A stretch of 64,000 nt of DNA from Planctomycetota bacterium (GTDB lineage Bacteria; Planctomycetota; B15-G4; SIAN01): positions 287,411 to 351,410 of the forward strand of contig JANNXA010000014.1 in NCBI GenBank assembly GCA_031409275.1, written 5' to 3'. Below are positions 19,260 through 29,208 of the stretch, one piece after another (positions within the stretch are counted from its first letter, which is position 1; each line of letters opens with the position of its first letter). The notes beneath the pieces were generated by a model. That model worked only from the letters and a program-made list of their open reading frames with translations, did no database searches and was not told where the DNA came from. A program made the position numbers and the translations under genes.

Positions 19260-20258
19260 ATGCCCACCTCTGCCCTGCCGCCACTCGCCTTCGCACCGCT
19301 GCCGATCGACCGCCCGTGGGGCGGATCGCGTGCGGCCACGTATCTCGGGATCGTGCCCCCCGCAGGGCGCGGACCGATCGGCGAGTGGTGGCTGGTTTCG
19401 GCGCGCGCCAGCCAACCGTCGCGCGTCGTCGGCGGTCCACTCGCCGGCAAGACGCTGCCCGAGCTGCTCGAGCATGACGGCGCGGCATTGCTCGGCGCTC
19501 ATGGAGCCGCGGGCCGCCAGCGCCGGTTCCCGCTGCTGCTCAAGCTGCTCGATACCAGCGCGCCGTTGTCGGTGCAGGTCCATCCTTCCGACGCCGCCCA
19601 GCCGGGCGAAGGCAAGACGGAAAGCTGGTACATCGTCGAGGCGACCGCGGACGCCACCTTCTGGCTCGGATTGGTCCCCGGCGCGAAACCCGCCGACGTC
19701 TTCGCGGCGGCTCGCTCGGGACGCTCGCCCGAGTCGTTCCTCGCGCGCCACCAAGCCGCACGCGGACTGCTCGCCCATCTGCCGCCGGGCACGCTGCACG
19801 CGCTCGGTGCCGGCATCGTCGCCGTCGAGTTCCAGAGCAACGCCGACACGACGTGGCGCATCTGGGATTGGGAACGGAAGCCGGCCCGCGAGCTCCATCT
19901 CGCGCAGGCGGAGCGCGACACCGCCCTCGACCAGACGCCGCACCTCTTGTCGGCTGCACCCGATCGCACGCGCACGCCACCCTGCGATCGACTCGTCGAC
20001 TGCGACGCCTATCGGGTCGAACGGCTCGAGATCTCGGCGCCCACCCACCTCACCACCGATGGCGATCGTTGCGAGATCCTGCTCTCGCTCGGCTCCGCGC
20101 TGCGCGTCCGCAACGAGGCGGGCTCGACCGAGGTGCCGCGCGGCCATGCCTTCCTGCTGCCCGCGACCTCGGGCGACTACGTCGTAACACCGGAAGCGCG
20201 CGCCGAGCTGCTGCGCTTCCTGCCGGCACCGGCCGCGACCGGTCGAGGATCCACATGA
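19260..20258 (+). CDS. manA: Type I mannose-6-phosphate isomerase
   Basis: RPWGG, GEWW, FPLLLKLLD, LSVQVHP, GKTESW, PGTLHALGAG, EFQSNADTTWR, RELH. Confidence 0.88.
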   Translation: MPTSALPPLAFAPLPIDRPWGGSRAATYLGIVPPAGRGPIGEWWLVSARASQPSRVVGGPLAGKTLPELLEHDGAALLGAHGAAGRQRRFPLLLKLLDTSAPLSVQVHPSDAAQPGEGKTESWYIVEATADATFWLGLVPGAKPADVFAAARSGRSPESFLARHQAARGLLAHLPPGTLHALGAGIVAVEFQSNADTTWRIWDWERKPARELHLAQAERDTALDQTPHLLSAAPDRTRTPPCDRLVDCDAYRVERLEISAPTHLTTDGDRCEILLSLGSALRVRNEAGSTEVPRGHAFLLPATSGDYVVTPEARAELLRFLPAPAATGRGST

Positions 20259-21304
20259 GCGACATGCGACTGCAACGTTGGCTGGCGATGTGCGGCGTGG
20301 CTTCGCGCCGCCGCTGCGAAGAGCTGATCACCAGCGGCCGCGTCGACGTGAACGGCCAGGCCGTCACCGAACTCGGCTCGAAAGTCGACCCGGAGAAGGA
20401 TGAAGTGCGCGTCGACGGCGAGCGCGTGCGCGCGCCGACTCGTCGCTACTACGTCGCCCTCAACAAGCCGGTCGGCGTGGTCTGCACCGGTGACGATCCG
20501 GCCGGCCGGCCGCGCGCCATCGATCTCGTGGCGGCGATTCCTGCTCGCCTCTTCCCGATCGGCCGCCTCGACGAGGACAGCGAAGGGCTGCTGCTGTTGA
20601 CCAACGACGGCGATTTCGCCGAGCGCGTGGCCCACCCGCGCTACGAAGTGCCCAAGGTCTATCGCGTGACCGTGAAGGGCGTGCCCGACCCGAGCGCGCT
20701 CGCGAAGTTGATGGAAGGCGTCTGGCTTTCCGAAGGCAAGACCGCTCCGGCACGCGTGATGACGCTGCGCAAGACGCGCGAGTTCACGACCGTGCTGATC
20801 ACGCTGCGCGAAGGACGCAATCGCGAAGTGAGACGGATGCTCGCGAAGGTCGAGCTGCCCGTGACGAAGCTGCTGCGCGTCCAGGTCGGCGCAGTGAAGC
20901 TCGGCACGTTGAAGCGCGGCGAATGGCGAATGCTGGCGCCTTGGGAAGTGCAGGCGCTGCAGGAAGAGCAAGCGCCGGGGCCGGGCGCCGGCACCGTGCC
21001 GCCGCGCAGCGCGCAGCCGCGCCGTCCGCGCGGACCCGATGCGCCGCGAGGCCCGATGGGGCCGCGCGGACGCCCGTCGTCGGCGCGCCCTGGCAAGGGA
21101 CGACTGCCGCCGGCTCAGCGCTCGCGACCGCCGGGTCGCAGCGATGGCCCGTCGGGCCGTTCGTACGCGCCACGCGGTGGCGCCGGCGGCGCTGGGCAAG
21201 GGCGGCGACCGTCCGGCCCGCGCGATGGTGGCGCGCGCGGCGACGGCGGTGGACGCGGCGGCGGTGGCCGCAACGGCGGCGGCGGACGTCGGTCGGGCCG
21301 CTAA
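20255..21304 (+). CDS. rluB: rRNA pseudouridine synthase (RsuA/RluB family) with a Gly/Arg-rich tail
   Basis: S4 domain RLQRWLAMCGVASRR; LNKPVG; GRLDEDSEGLLLLTNDG; EGRNREVRRM; ATGA overlap with PMI. Confidence 0.88.
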   Translation: MSDMRLQRWLAMCGVASRRRCEELITSGRVDVNGQAVTELGSKVDPEKDEVRVDGERVRAPTRRYYVALNKPVGVVCTGDDPAGRPRAIDLVAAIPARLFPIGRLDEDSEGLLLLTNDGDFAERVAHPRYEVPKVYRVTVKGVPDPSALAKLMEGVWLSEGKTAPARVMTLRKTREFTTVLITLREGRNREVRRMLAKVELPVTKLLRVQVGAVKLGTLKRGEWRMLAPWEVQALQEEQAPGPGAGTVPPRSAQPRRPRGPDAPRGPMGPRGRPSSARPGKGRLPPAQRSRPPGRSDGPSGRSYAPRGGAGGAGQGRRPSGPRDGGARGDGGGRGGGGRNGGGGRRSGR

Positions 21305-21376
21305 CCCGGCTGGCGAACCGCAGTGCGATCGTGAGGGCAACGAGAGCCGACGACGAAACGGCGCCGGCTCCGTCGA

Positions 21377-23377
21377 TCAGCGACCGTCGTCGGTGCCGGC
21401 CTCGCCTGGCGACACCGGCGCCGGCTCCGTGCCACCGGCAAGCCCGACGTCGATCTCGGTCATGCTCGCGGGACTGTCGAACGAGTAGCGCAGTTCCTTG
21501 ACGCGTTCGCGCATGCGCGCGCGATGGGCGCCAAGCGGCCGCGTGCCGTCGTCGAACCCGAGCAATGCCTCGTAGCTCGGGATTCGGGGCATGAGCGCCA
21601 TCGTCTGCGCTTCGCGCACGTCGAGCATCCAATAGAGGAAGTCGCCCGCCGGCGTCGTCTCGGCCTTCGCATCGGAAAGCGGTACGCCGAACAGCCCGAG
21701 CACGAGTGGCGCGACCTGGTAGCTGCGGCCACCGCCTTTGCCCATCGGAATGCCGCGCTTGCCCTGCACTTCCCCGTCCGCGCCGGGATATGCGAGCAGC
21801 AGCATCCCCGACTTCTCGCGCGCGGAGGTGTGCTTCGCGTAGGTGTAGCGCAGCGGAAACAGCGTGTTGATGCCGACCGTTCCGCGCGGCAGCGTGACCT
21901 GCGTTTCGCTCGGCAGCGTCGAGAAGATGATGAAGTGCGAGTCCTCCTCGCCCATCTTCATGTCCCAGAACAACGAGCTGCGCACCCCGCCTCGGCGATC
22001 GTCCCACTTGAGATCGATCTGGATCGACCCGAGCTTCTCGTGGATCTCGCGCCAGCGCACGGCGCGCTCCTGCGGCGTCGCTTTCGGGACGCACCCCTGC
22101 GGCCATTCGCCGGCGAAGTTGATCGAGACGTGGCGGATGAAGCTCGTCTGCCAGACGGTGCGATCGAAGCAGGTCGTGTGGGCCCAGTCGATCGAGCCGT
22201 CGGGCAGTCGCGCCAGCAGCCCGAGTTCCTCGAACAGCCGGTTCATGTTGAAGTCGCGATTGGCGAGCTCGCTGTCGGGCATCAGCGAGTGGTCGGTGAC
22301 CAGGATCACCGTCGTGTCCGGCCCCATCGCGTCGCAGAGGTCGCGCACCATCGCGTCGAGCGCGATCGCCGCCATCGGGATGACGTTGGCGAACTGCTTG
22401 TAGTCGGCCGCGACTTTCGCGCGCATGCCCGCGTCTTTGTGGCGCAACCAGTCATCGGGATCGATGTTCATCCAGAACAGATGGGACGCGACATCGAACG
22501 AATCGAGGCAGCAGGCCGCGAACTCGATCGACGGGTCGTTCCGGAGCAGAGTCTGCAGCGACTGCTTGGCCGCGAAGTCGCTGCGCAGCGCCTGCTCGAG
22601 CTGCTTCAAGTTGCGCAGCGTCGGCGCATCGCTCGTGCCTGCCTGCAGCTTCTTGATCGCGCTGAAGACCGGCGGCAGGTTCCCGTTCAGCGCCGCCGCC
22701 AACTCGCCCGCATGGGTCGCGGCCAGTTCCGGCGGCCAGGTGAGGTGCTCGCCTCCCTTGGTGAACGCCTCGGGGATCGTCGGCAGGTCGACCCGCCCGA
22801 GCGGTCCGAATGGCCCGAGCCCGAACTTCTCGAGGAAGAAGCGGTCGCTGACGAGGTAGCCGTTCAGCGGCTCGGCCGGCCAGGTGACCGGCCAGTTGCT
22901 CACCGCGCACTTCACGCCGACCGCCGAAAGCACGTCCCAGAAGGTCGGGACCTGGCGATGGGCCGTCGTGACCGGCGCACGCTCGTAGCTGTCTTCGATC
23001 GGCACGGTGAGGTCGCGCACGCCGTGTCCGCGGACGATCTCGCCGACCTTGGTCGGCGGAAAGCCGGTGGCGATGGTGGTCCAGCTCTCGGCCGGGTCGA
23101 GCCCCACGCTGTAGGGATCGAGCGTCGCCTGCTCACCGAGCAGCGGCACCAGGATCCCGTGCTGGCGCAACTCGGCGAGCTTCTTCAGCTGACCGGAATC
23201 GAACAGCGGCTTCATCACGTCGAAGTCGAAGCCGTCGACGCCGAGCAGGAGCACCTTGCGGTGGCGCGGCGTGATCGATTGGACGCCGTGGTCGCTGCAG
23301 GAGGCGCAGGCGACAACGACGACGAGCAGGGCGAATATGCGCGCGAGCAAGCGCGGCGCGGCGAGGTTGACGCTCAT
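21377..23377 (-). CDS. Alkaline-phosphatase superfamily (nucleotide pyrophosphatase/phosphodiesterase-like) lipoprotein
   Basis: Lipobox ACAS|C; KVLLLGVDG, WTTIATG, WPVTWPAEP, DVASH, VILVTDH. Confidence 0.8.
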   Translation of the reverse strand: MSVNLAAPRLLARIFALLVVVVACASCSDHGVQSITPRHRKVLLLGVDGFDFDVMKPLFDSGQLKKLAELRQHGILVPLLGEQATLDPYSVGLDPAESWTTIATGFPPTKVGEIVRGHGVRDLTVPIEDSYERAPVTTAHRQVPTFWDVLSAVGVKCAVSNWPVTWPAEPLNGYLVSDRFFLEKFGLGPFGPLGRVDLPTIPEAFTKGGEHLTWPPELAATHAGELAAALNGNLPPVFSAIKKLQAGTSDAPTLRNLKQLEQALRSDFAAKQSLQTLLRNDPSIEFAACCLDSFDVASHLFWMNIDPDDWLRHKDAGMRAKVAADYKQFANVIPMAAIALDAMVRDLCDAMGPDTTVILVTDHSLMPDSELANRDFNMNRLFEELGLLARLPDGSIDWAHTTCFDRTVWQTSFIRHVSINFAGEWPQGCVPKATPQERAVRWREIHEKLGSIQIDLKWDDRRGGVRSSLFWDMKMGEEDSHFIIFSTLPSETQVTLPRGTVGINTLFPLRYTYAKHTSAREKSGMLLLAYPGADGEVQGKRGIPMGKGGGRSYQVAPLVLGLFGVPLSDAKAETTPAGDFLYWMLDVREAQTMALMPRIPSYEALLGFDDGTRPLGAHRARMRERVKELRYSFDSPASMTEIDVGLAGGTEPAPVSPGEAGTDDGR

Positions 23378-23400
23378 GGGCGGAGGATACACTGCCTTGG

Positions 23401-25497
23401 ATGGTGGTGATCTCGAGGCGAGCCGCTCCCGTCATCGTCGCATTCGCGCTCGCGGCCGCAGGCCGTTGGCTCGTCCACGATCGAGAGCAGTGGTGGTTGC
23501 TGCTCGGCGGCGGCGCGCTCGTGGCGATCGCCGCGCTGGCCGCGCGACGCGCGAGCGACCCGGTCGCGCGCGCCCTGCCGCTGCTGCTCGCGGCGCTGGT
23601 CGGCGGACTCGGGGCCGGCCACGTCCTCGGCGCCACCGCTCCCGGCGCACCGTTGCCGTGGCTGGCATTGGCCGGCGCGGCCGGGCTGATGCTGCTCGCG
23701 ATCGATGCTCGATCGGGCCATGCCGGTGGAGTCGGCGCGCCGGTCATCGGCATCGAGCCGCTCCCCGTATCGCTCGGGCGCGCCGGGAGCGTGGGCGTCA
23801 CGCTGGCGATGGCGCTCGCGCTCGCCGCCGTCGGCCACCTGGTCCTCCTCGGCAAGCGCCATGACATCCCCGGCATCGGACCGGTCTTCGCACTCGACGA
23901 CGACATGATGATCACGCTGCGCTACGCGGCGAATCTCGCACACGGCGACGGCCTGGTGTGGAACGCGGGCGAGCACGTCGAGGGCATCACCAACCTGCTC
24001 TGGGCGCTGCTGCTGGCGCCACTGCACTGGCTCTTCTCGACCGAACGCGTCGCCGCCGCGGCGATCGCGCTCGACCTCGCACTGCTGCTCCTGCTCTTGA
24101 TCGAGTGCGCGCGCCTCGTGCGCCAACTCGGGGGATCGAGCGTCGCGGCCGGGCTCGCCGCCATCGCGCTCTCGACCCACCAGGCGACGCTGCATTGGGT
24201 GGCGGGCGGCGGCGAGTCGCCGCTGGTGACGCTGCTGTTGTTGTTCGTGGCGCGACGTGCGCTCGCCCCCGCAACGAGTCGACGCGGCGCGCTCGTGGCC
24301 GCGACGGCGGCCGGCCTCGCGTGGATCACGCGCCCCGACGCCCTGCCGGCGCTGCTGCCGCTGCTCGCGTTGCTGGCGTGGTCGCACCATCCGCCCGTCG
24401 CGGCTGGAAGCGGCGCGCCACGGTGGCGCCACGCCCTCGCCATCGCAGCCGCCGCCGCGGCGCTGCCACTCGCCGCAACGCTTTTTCGGCTGGCCTATTA
24501 CGGCAGCCCGCTGCCGAACACCTACTACCTCAAGATGACCGGCTGGAACGGTCGCGCGGACGCCGGATTCGCCTACGTCGCCGCGGGTCTCGCCCACCAC
24601 TTCGGCTTCGCTGCGGCAGCGGCCATCGGCGCCACGCGCCTCGCCTCGCGCGGCGCGCTCGCGCTGCTGCTCGCCGTCCTGCTGCATGGCGCCTACGTGA
24701 TCTACGCCGGCGGCGACGAACTGCCGATGGAGCGCTTCCTGCTGCCGACCATGCCGTTCGTGCTCGCGCTCGGATTCGCCGGCGCGAGTGCGTCGATGCG
24801 AGAGCGCGCTCCAGCGGGCGCCACGGCCGGTGGCACCTGCGCCGCTGCAGTCGCCGCGTTCCTGCTCCTCGCGCTCGGGACCACGAACGGCGGTTATGTC
24901 CCGTTCACGCGCGATCCGGCGCAGCTCTCGCGTGCCAGCGCCGAGCGCGCCAACACGATGATCGGCTACCTGCTGCGCGCGAACACGGCGCCCGATGCGA
25001 CCGTCGCCCACTTCTGGGCTGGCGCAGCTGCCTACTTCTCGCAGCGGCGCGGGATCGACCTGCTCGGCAAGTGCGACCCGGTGATCGCGCGGCGGGAGGC
25101 GAAGGCGGGCCTCATGAAGCCGGGCCACAACAAGTACGACTTCGCCCACTCGCTCGCGCTGCAGCCCGACGTCATCGTCGGCGGCGACGGTGGCGCGGCG
25201 ACGCTCGCGTTCCTCACCGAGAAGTACCTGAACCCGGCGAGCCCCCACCACGGCTACCGCGCCTTCGCCGATCTCTACCGCCATCCCGACTTCGCGAACC
25301 TCTACTGTCGCGCCGCGAAGGACGACGTCGGTCGCCCCGCCGCGATGCCGCAACTCGTGGGCGGGAGCGGCAGCACCCTGCTCGACGAATACGCGGACGT
25401 CAGTCGCCGATTCCATGCACTCTTCGTGCGCGCCGGCTCGACCCGCGCGCGACCTCCCGCTGAATGGACTGCCCCGACCCGCGCGAACCTCCGGTGA
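23401..25497 (+). CDS. Multi-TM GT-C-type glycosyltransferase-like membrane protein
   Basis: DDMMITLRYAANLAHGDGLVWNAGEHVEGITNLLW, TRPD, YYGSPLPNTYYLK, GGD..RFLLP, IDLLGKCD..PGHNK. Confidence 0.75.
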   Translation: MVVISRRAAPVIVAFALAAAGRWLVHDREQWWLLLGGGALVAIAALAARRASDPVARALPLLLAALVGGLGAGHVLGATAPGAPLPWLALAGAAGLMLLAIDARSGHAGGVGAPVIGIEPLPVSLGRAGSVGVTLAMALALAAVGHLVLLGKRHDIPGIGPVFALDDDMMITLRYAANLAHGDGLVWNAGEHVEGITNLLWALLLAPLHWLFSTERVAAAAIALDLALLLLLLIECARLVRQLGGSSVAAGLAAIALSTHQATLHWVAGGGESPLVTLLLLFVARRALAPATSRRGALVAATAAGLAWITRPDALPALLPLLALLAWSHHPPVAAGSGAPRWRHALAIAAAAAALPLAATLFRLAYYGSPLPNTYYLKMTGWNGRADAGFAYVAAGLAHHFGFAAAAAIGATRLASRGALALLLAVLLHGAYVIYAGGDELPMERFLLPTMPFVLALGFAGASASMRERAPAGATAGGTCAAAVAAFLLLALGTTNGGYVPFTRDPAQLSRASAERANTMIGYLLRANTAPDATVAHFWAGAAAYFSQRRGIDLLGKCDPVIARREAKAGLMKPGHNKYDFAHSLALQPDVIVGGDGGAATLAFLTEKYLNPASPHHGYRAFADLYRHPDFANLYCRAAKDDVGRPAAMPQLVGGSGSTLLDEYADVSRRFHALFVRAGSTRARPPAEWTAPTRANLR

Positions 25498-25504
25498 GAA
25501 CTCG

Positions 25505-26479
25505 ATGACCCTGCTCGCGATGCTTCAATCGGCCGCGGCCGCAACCACCTCCTGGTGGGAGCACGACCTCGAACCGAACCTCTTCGTCATCCCGTTCTGG
25601 AAGATCGGCCCGCTCCAGCACGGCATCCCGATCCGCTTCTATTCGCTCTCCTACCTGCTCGGGCTCGCCTTCGCGTGGTGGTTCATGCGGCGCCTCTCGC
25701 GGCAGCGACGCATCGCGCTCGACGAGGTCGCGGTGGCCGACCTGATCATTCCCTACGCGCTGCTCGGCGTGATGGTCGGCGGACGGCTCGGTTACGTCCT
25801 CTTCTACGACGTCGATCCGACGACGGGCCGCTACGCGTGGCTCGACGAGCCGTGGAAGATCCTCCAGATCTGGGAAGGCGGGATGGCGAGCCACGGCGGC
25901 CTGCTCGGCGTGCTGGTCGCCATGTGGCTCTTCGCGCGCCGCCGCAAGGTGCCGACGCTGCACGTGCTCGATCTCTGCGCGCTGACGGTTCCAGTCGGGC
26001 TCTTCCTCGGCCGCATCGCGAACTTCATCAACGGCGAGCTGTGGGGACGCGTCACGACCGTGTCGTGGGCGGTGCTCTTCCCGAAGGCGCCCGCCGCCTC
26101 GCCGATGTTCCAGGCCGCCCATCCGGAGCTCGCCGCCCTCTTCCAGCGCGGCCTCGCGCCACGCCACCCATCGCAGCTCTACGAGGCGCTCGCCGAAGGG
26201 CTCATCGTCTTCATCGCGCTCTTCGCGATTCACCGCAAGGCGCTGCCGCGCGCCGGAACGCTCTCCGGCGTTTTCCTGCTCGTGTACAGCGTGGGGCGCC
26301 TCATCGGCGAGCAGTTCCGCGAGCCCGACAGCCACATCGGCTACCAGTGGCTCGGCCTCACCCGCGGCCAGATCCTCACCGGCGGACTGCTGATCGCCGG
26401 CATCGCGATGCTGACCTACGCGCGGCGGCGTGGGCCGCAAGTGTTCACGCCGCCCGACGCGCCGACGCCTGCTCCCTGA
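25505..26479 (+). CDS. lgt: Prolipoprotein diacylglyceryl transferase
   Basis: GGRLGYVLFY, WEGGMASHGG, GRIANFINGELWGR, RHPSQLYE, FREPD, GQ. Confidence 0.96.
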   Translation: MTLLAMLQSAAAATTSWWEHDLEPNLFVIPFWKIGPLQHGIPIRFYSLSYLLGLAFAWWFMRRLSRQRRIALDEVAVADLIIPYALLGVMVGGRLGYVLFYDVDPTTGRYAWLDEPWKILQIWEGGMASHGGLLGVLVAMWLFARRRKVPTLHVLDLCALTVPVGLFLGRIANFINGELWGRVTTVSWAVLFPKAPAASPMFQAAHPELAALFQRGLAPRHPSQLYEALAEGLIVFIALFAIHRKALPRAGTLSGVFLLVYSVGRLIGEQFREPDSHIGYQWLGLTRGQILTGGLLIAGIAMLTYARRRGPQVFTPPDAPTPAP

Positions 26480-26576
26480 AGCTTCAAGTTGCAGCGAGTA
26501 GGCTGCACCACTCGCCGCCGCCGACGACGATCCCGACGTCACGCGACTTCCGACCGATTCGCCAAGGAGAACCGCC

Positions 26577-27356
26577 ATGGTCGCCACGCTGCTCTTCGCG
26601 CTCGCCTCGATGGTGCCGCTCCCCCAGGATCCGGCGGCCCCGCGCGACGACGCATCGGCAGCGGCCGCGCGCGACGCCCTGGAGAGGTCGGGAGCGTTGG
26701 TGCTGCGGGTCGCGCAGGAGAGCAAGGAGTGGACGGTGAGCTTCGCCGTCCATGGCGCCAAGGCCGGCGATGCCGAAATGGCGCCGCTCGCGCAGATGCA
26801 GGAGGTCGTCGAACTCGATCTCGGCGCGACCAGGATCAGCGACGCGGCGCTCGCGACCATCGGCAAGCTGGCGACGCTGCGAAAACTGGTGCTGCGACAG
26901 ACCGCCGTGACCGACGCTGGCATGAAGTCGCTCGCGGGCCTCGTCGCTCTCGAATCGCTGAATCTCTACGGCACCAAGGTCGGCGATCCGGGTCTCGAGC
27001 CGCTCGCCGCACTCAAGAAGCTGAAGCGCCTCTACCTCTGGCAGACGGCCGTCACCGACGACGGCGTCGCGAAGCTGCAGCAAGCGCTCCCTGACCTCGC
27101 CATCGTTCGCGGTGCGGTCGCGCCCGTCGCCCCGAAGAGCTGCTGCGAGAAGGCGAAGGCCGAGGGTAAGGAGTGCGATCATCCCTGCTGCGTGACCGCG
27201 CGCGCGGCGGGTCGCCTCTGCTTCAAGTGCCACCCCGATCGCGCCACCACCTGCTGCGAGAAGGCGGAAGCGGCCGGCAAGGCGTGCGAGCACCCCTGCT
27301 GCATCGAAGCCGCGAAGGCGGGGAAGCTCTGCGAGAAGTGCAACCCGCATCAGTAG
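26577..27356 (+). CDS. Secreted leucine-rich-repeat protein with a duplicated Cys-rich C-terminal module
   Basis: AAGGAG RBS; 24-aa LRRs (LxxLxLxxTxVTDxG); two CCEKA...C.HPCC...C.KC repeats. Confidence 0.85.
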   Translation: MVATLLFALASMVPLPQDPAAPRDDASAAAARDALERSGALVLRVAQESKEWTVSFAVHGAKAGDAEMAPLAQMQEVVELDLGATRISDAALATIGKLATLRKLVLRQTAVTDAGMKSLAGLVALESLNLYGTKVGDPGLEPLAALKKLKRLYLWQTAVTDDGVAKLQQALPDLAIVRGAVAPVAPKSCCEKAKAEGKECDHPCCVTARAAGRLCFKCHPDRATTCCEKAEAAGKACEHPCCIEAAKAGKLCEKCNPHQ

Positions 27357-27535
27357 CCCGCTTTATTCATGAGCCCCGTAGCGAGGCGACGGGATGTTGG
27401 CGCAGGACGAGGAGGGAAATCGCGGCTCCGACGATGCGGGTCTGCTGACCCGCTGAGGAAGGAACGCGGTTTTCAGACGATGTCATGCGTCGACAGACCG
27501 AGCCGCAGCAGGGACTCGTGAACAAGGCGGGGTAG
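27354..27535. mobile_element. MITE-like structured intergenic element with imperfect terminal inverted repeats
   Basis: CCCGCTTTATTCATGAGCCCC (27357-27377) and GGGACTCGTGAACAAGGCGGG (27511-27531) match 17/21 as an inverted pair; TAG at both flanks; nested internal stems. Confidence 0.55.
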
Positions 27536-27645
27536 CGCTGCCACTGCGAAATTCCTGCGCACCAGCTTGGGAAGCTCGACCGTCGATGAAGGCGACACGA
27601 GCATCCTGCCGCGAAAGCGGCGCTGCGACCGCATGGAGGACCGCC

Positions 27646-29208
27646 GTGGCCTTGAACCTCGCCGAACTTCTCGCCAGCGCGGAGCGGCTGCCGACGCCAC
27701 CGGCGGTCGCGCTCGAACTGCTTGCGCTCTCGCAACGCGAGGACGCCGACGTCGACCAGATGGCCGCGGTGATCTCGCGCGATCCCGCGCTCGTCTCGAA
27801 GATCTTGCGGGTCGCCAACACGCCGCTGTTCGGTGCACGCAAAGTGACCACGATCAAGCAGGCGCTGATGACGATGGGCATGCGCGCCGTGCAGGTGATG
27901 GCGCTCAGTTTCTCGCTCGTGCGACCGGCGGCCAGCGCGTCCGTCGACGACGACACCACGTTCTGGCGCAACTCCCTCACGGCGGCGGTGGCGGCACGGC
28001 TCATCGCCGCGCGCTGGCTCCCGCGCCAGGCGGACGAGTGCTTCGTCGCCGGGCTGCTCCTCGAGATCGGCGTGATGACGGCGCGCCTCGCGTGGCCGGA
28101 CAAGTGCCGCCCGCTCACCGCGCTCCAGAACAGCAGCCGCGAAGTCGGCCTCGAGGCCGAGCGCGCCGCGCTGGGCGCCGATCACATGGCGATCGGCGCG
28201 ATGCTGCTGCGCAAGTGGGCGTTGCCGCCGTCGATCTGCGACGCCGTCGCCTTCCACCACGAGCCGCAGTCGCTGCCCGCGACCGCGCCGGCCACGACGC
28301 GCGCGCTGACTCGCGTCGCTTCGATCGCCGCCACGATCGAGCGCTGCCTGCGCAACGAACTGCTCGGCCACGACGAGGAGCGCCTGCGCGAGGACCTCGA
28401 CCTGGTGCGCAAGCGCCTCGCCGCCGACCACGGCGCCAGCGACGACGACGTCTCGATGCTGTTCCAGGAGGTCCGCAAGGGGCGCCGCGAGATGGCCGCC
28501 GTCTTCGACATCAGCCTCGGCGACCCGCGCACGGTCGAGGAGATCCAGATCTGCACCAGCCGGCTCCTGGTGCAGCTCTCGGTCTCGATGGCTGGCCACA
28601 CGGCCGCGCTTGAGCGCGACAACGCGAAGCTCGCGACGCTCGCGGCATGCGACGGACTCACCGGCCTTCCCAACCGCCGCGAACTCGACAGCCGTTCGAC
28701 CGAACGCTTCGCCGCCGCGGCCGCCAGCCGCGGACCGCTCGCGGTGCTGATGCTCGACATCGACCACTTCAAGCAGGTGAACGACACGCACGGCCATCCG
28801 CTCGGCGACGCGGTGTTGAAGGCGCTGGGAAGCACGCTGCGGCGCGACCCGCGAGACGGCGAGTTCATCGCGCGCTACGGCGGCGAGGAGTTCTGCGCGC
28901 TGGTGCCGGCCGCCAACGAGTCGGCGTTGCGCACGCGCGCCGACGAGCTGCTGGCGGCGATCCGCGCGCTGCGCATTCCGCTGCCCGATGGCGGCGAGCT
29001 GGCGCCCACGGTCTCGATTGGCGGAGCGCTCGTGCCGGACGCTTCGAAGCTGCCGGGCCCCGATGCCTTGCGCGAGGCGGCCGACCGTTGCCTCTACGAG
29101 TCGAAGACGGCCGGCCGCGACCGCGCGACCGTGCTCACGCTGGCGACGGCCCCTCAGCCGCCCGCGCCCGTCTTGACCAGCGCGAGCCCGAGTTCGCGCG
29201 CGAGCTGA
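27646..29208 (+). CDS. HDOD + GGDEF diguanylate cyclase
   Basis: GGAGGA RBS/GTG; LPTPP, DPALVSKILRVAN, W.LP (HDOD); DGLTGLPNRR, DIDHFKQVNDTHGH, RYGGEEF. Confidence 0.92.
   Translation: MALNLAELLASAERLPTPPAVALELLALSQREDADVDQMAAVISRDPALVSKILRVANTPLFGARKVTTIKQALMTMGMRAVQVMALSFSLVRPAASASVDDDTTFWRNSLTAAVAARLIAARWLPRQADECFVAGLLLEIGVMTARLAWPDKCRPLTALQNSSREVGLEAERAALGADHMAIGAMLLRKWALPPSICDAVAFHHEPQSLPATAPATTRALTRVASIAATIERCLRNELLGHDEERLREDLDLVRKRLAADHGASDDDVSMLFQEVRKGRREMAAVFDISLGDPRTVEEIQICTSRLLVQLSVSMAGHTAALERDNAKLATLAACDGLTGLPNRRELDSRSTERFAAAAASRGPLAVLMLDIDHFKQVNDTHGHPLGDAVLKALGSTLRRDPRDGEFIARYGGEEFCALVPAANESALRTRADELLAAIRALRIPLPDGGELAPTVSIGGALVPDASKLPGPDALREAADRCLYESKTAGRDRATVLTLATAPQPPAPVLTSASPSSRAS

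Noticed and set aside
27410..27612. Cobalamin-riboswitch-like words (AGGGAA, GCCACTG, GGGAAG, CCTGCC) upstream of the diguanylate cyclase
   Set aside because: Core GGTG/TCC and ACTGT elements are missing, the 5' part lies in the MITE-like element, and the downstream gene is unrelated to B12; an Rfam cmscan would settle it
29154..29208. Convergent 3' overlap of the DGC and DUF2723 genes (also nnrE/ASST at 56094-56119)
   Set aside because: Short tail overlaps are common in high-GC genomes; no sign of function
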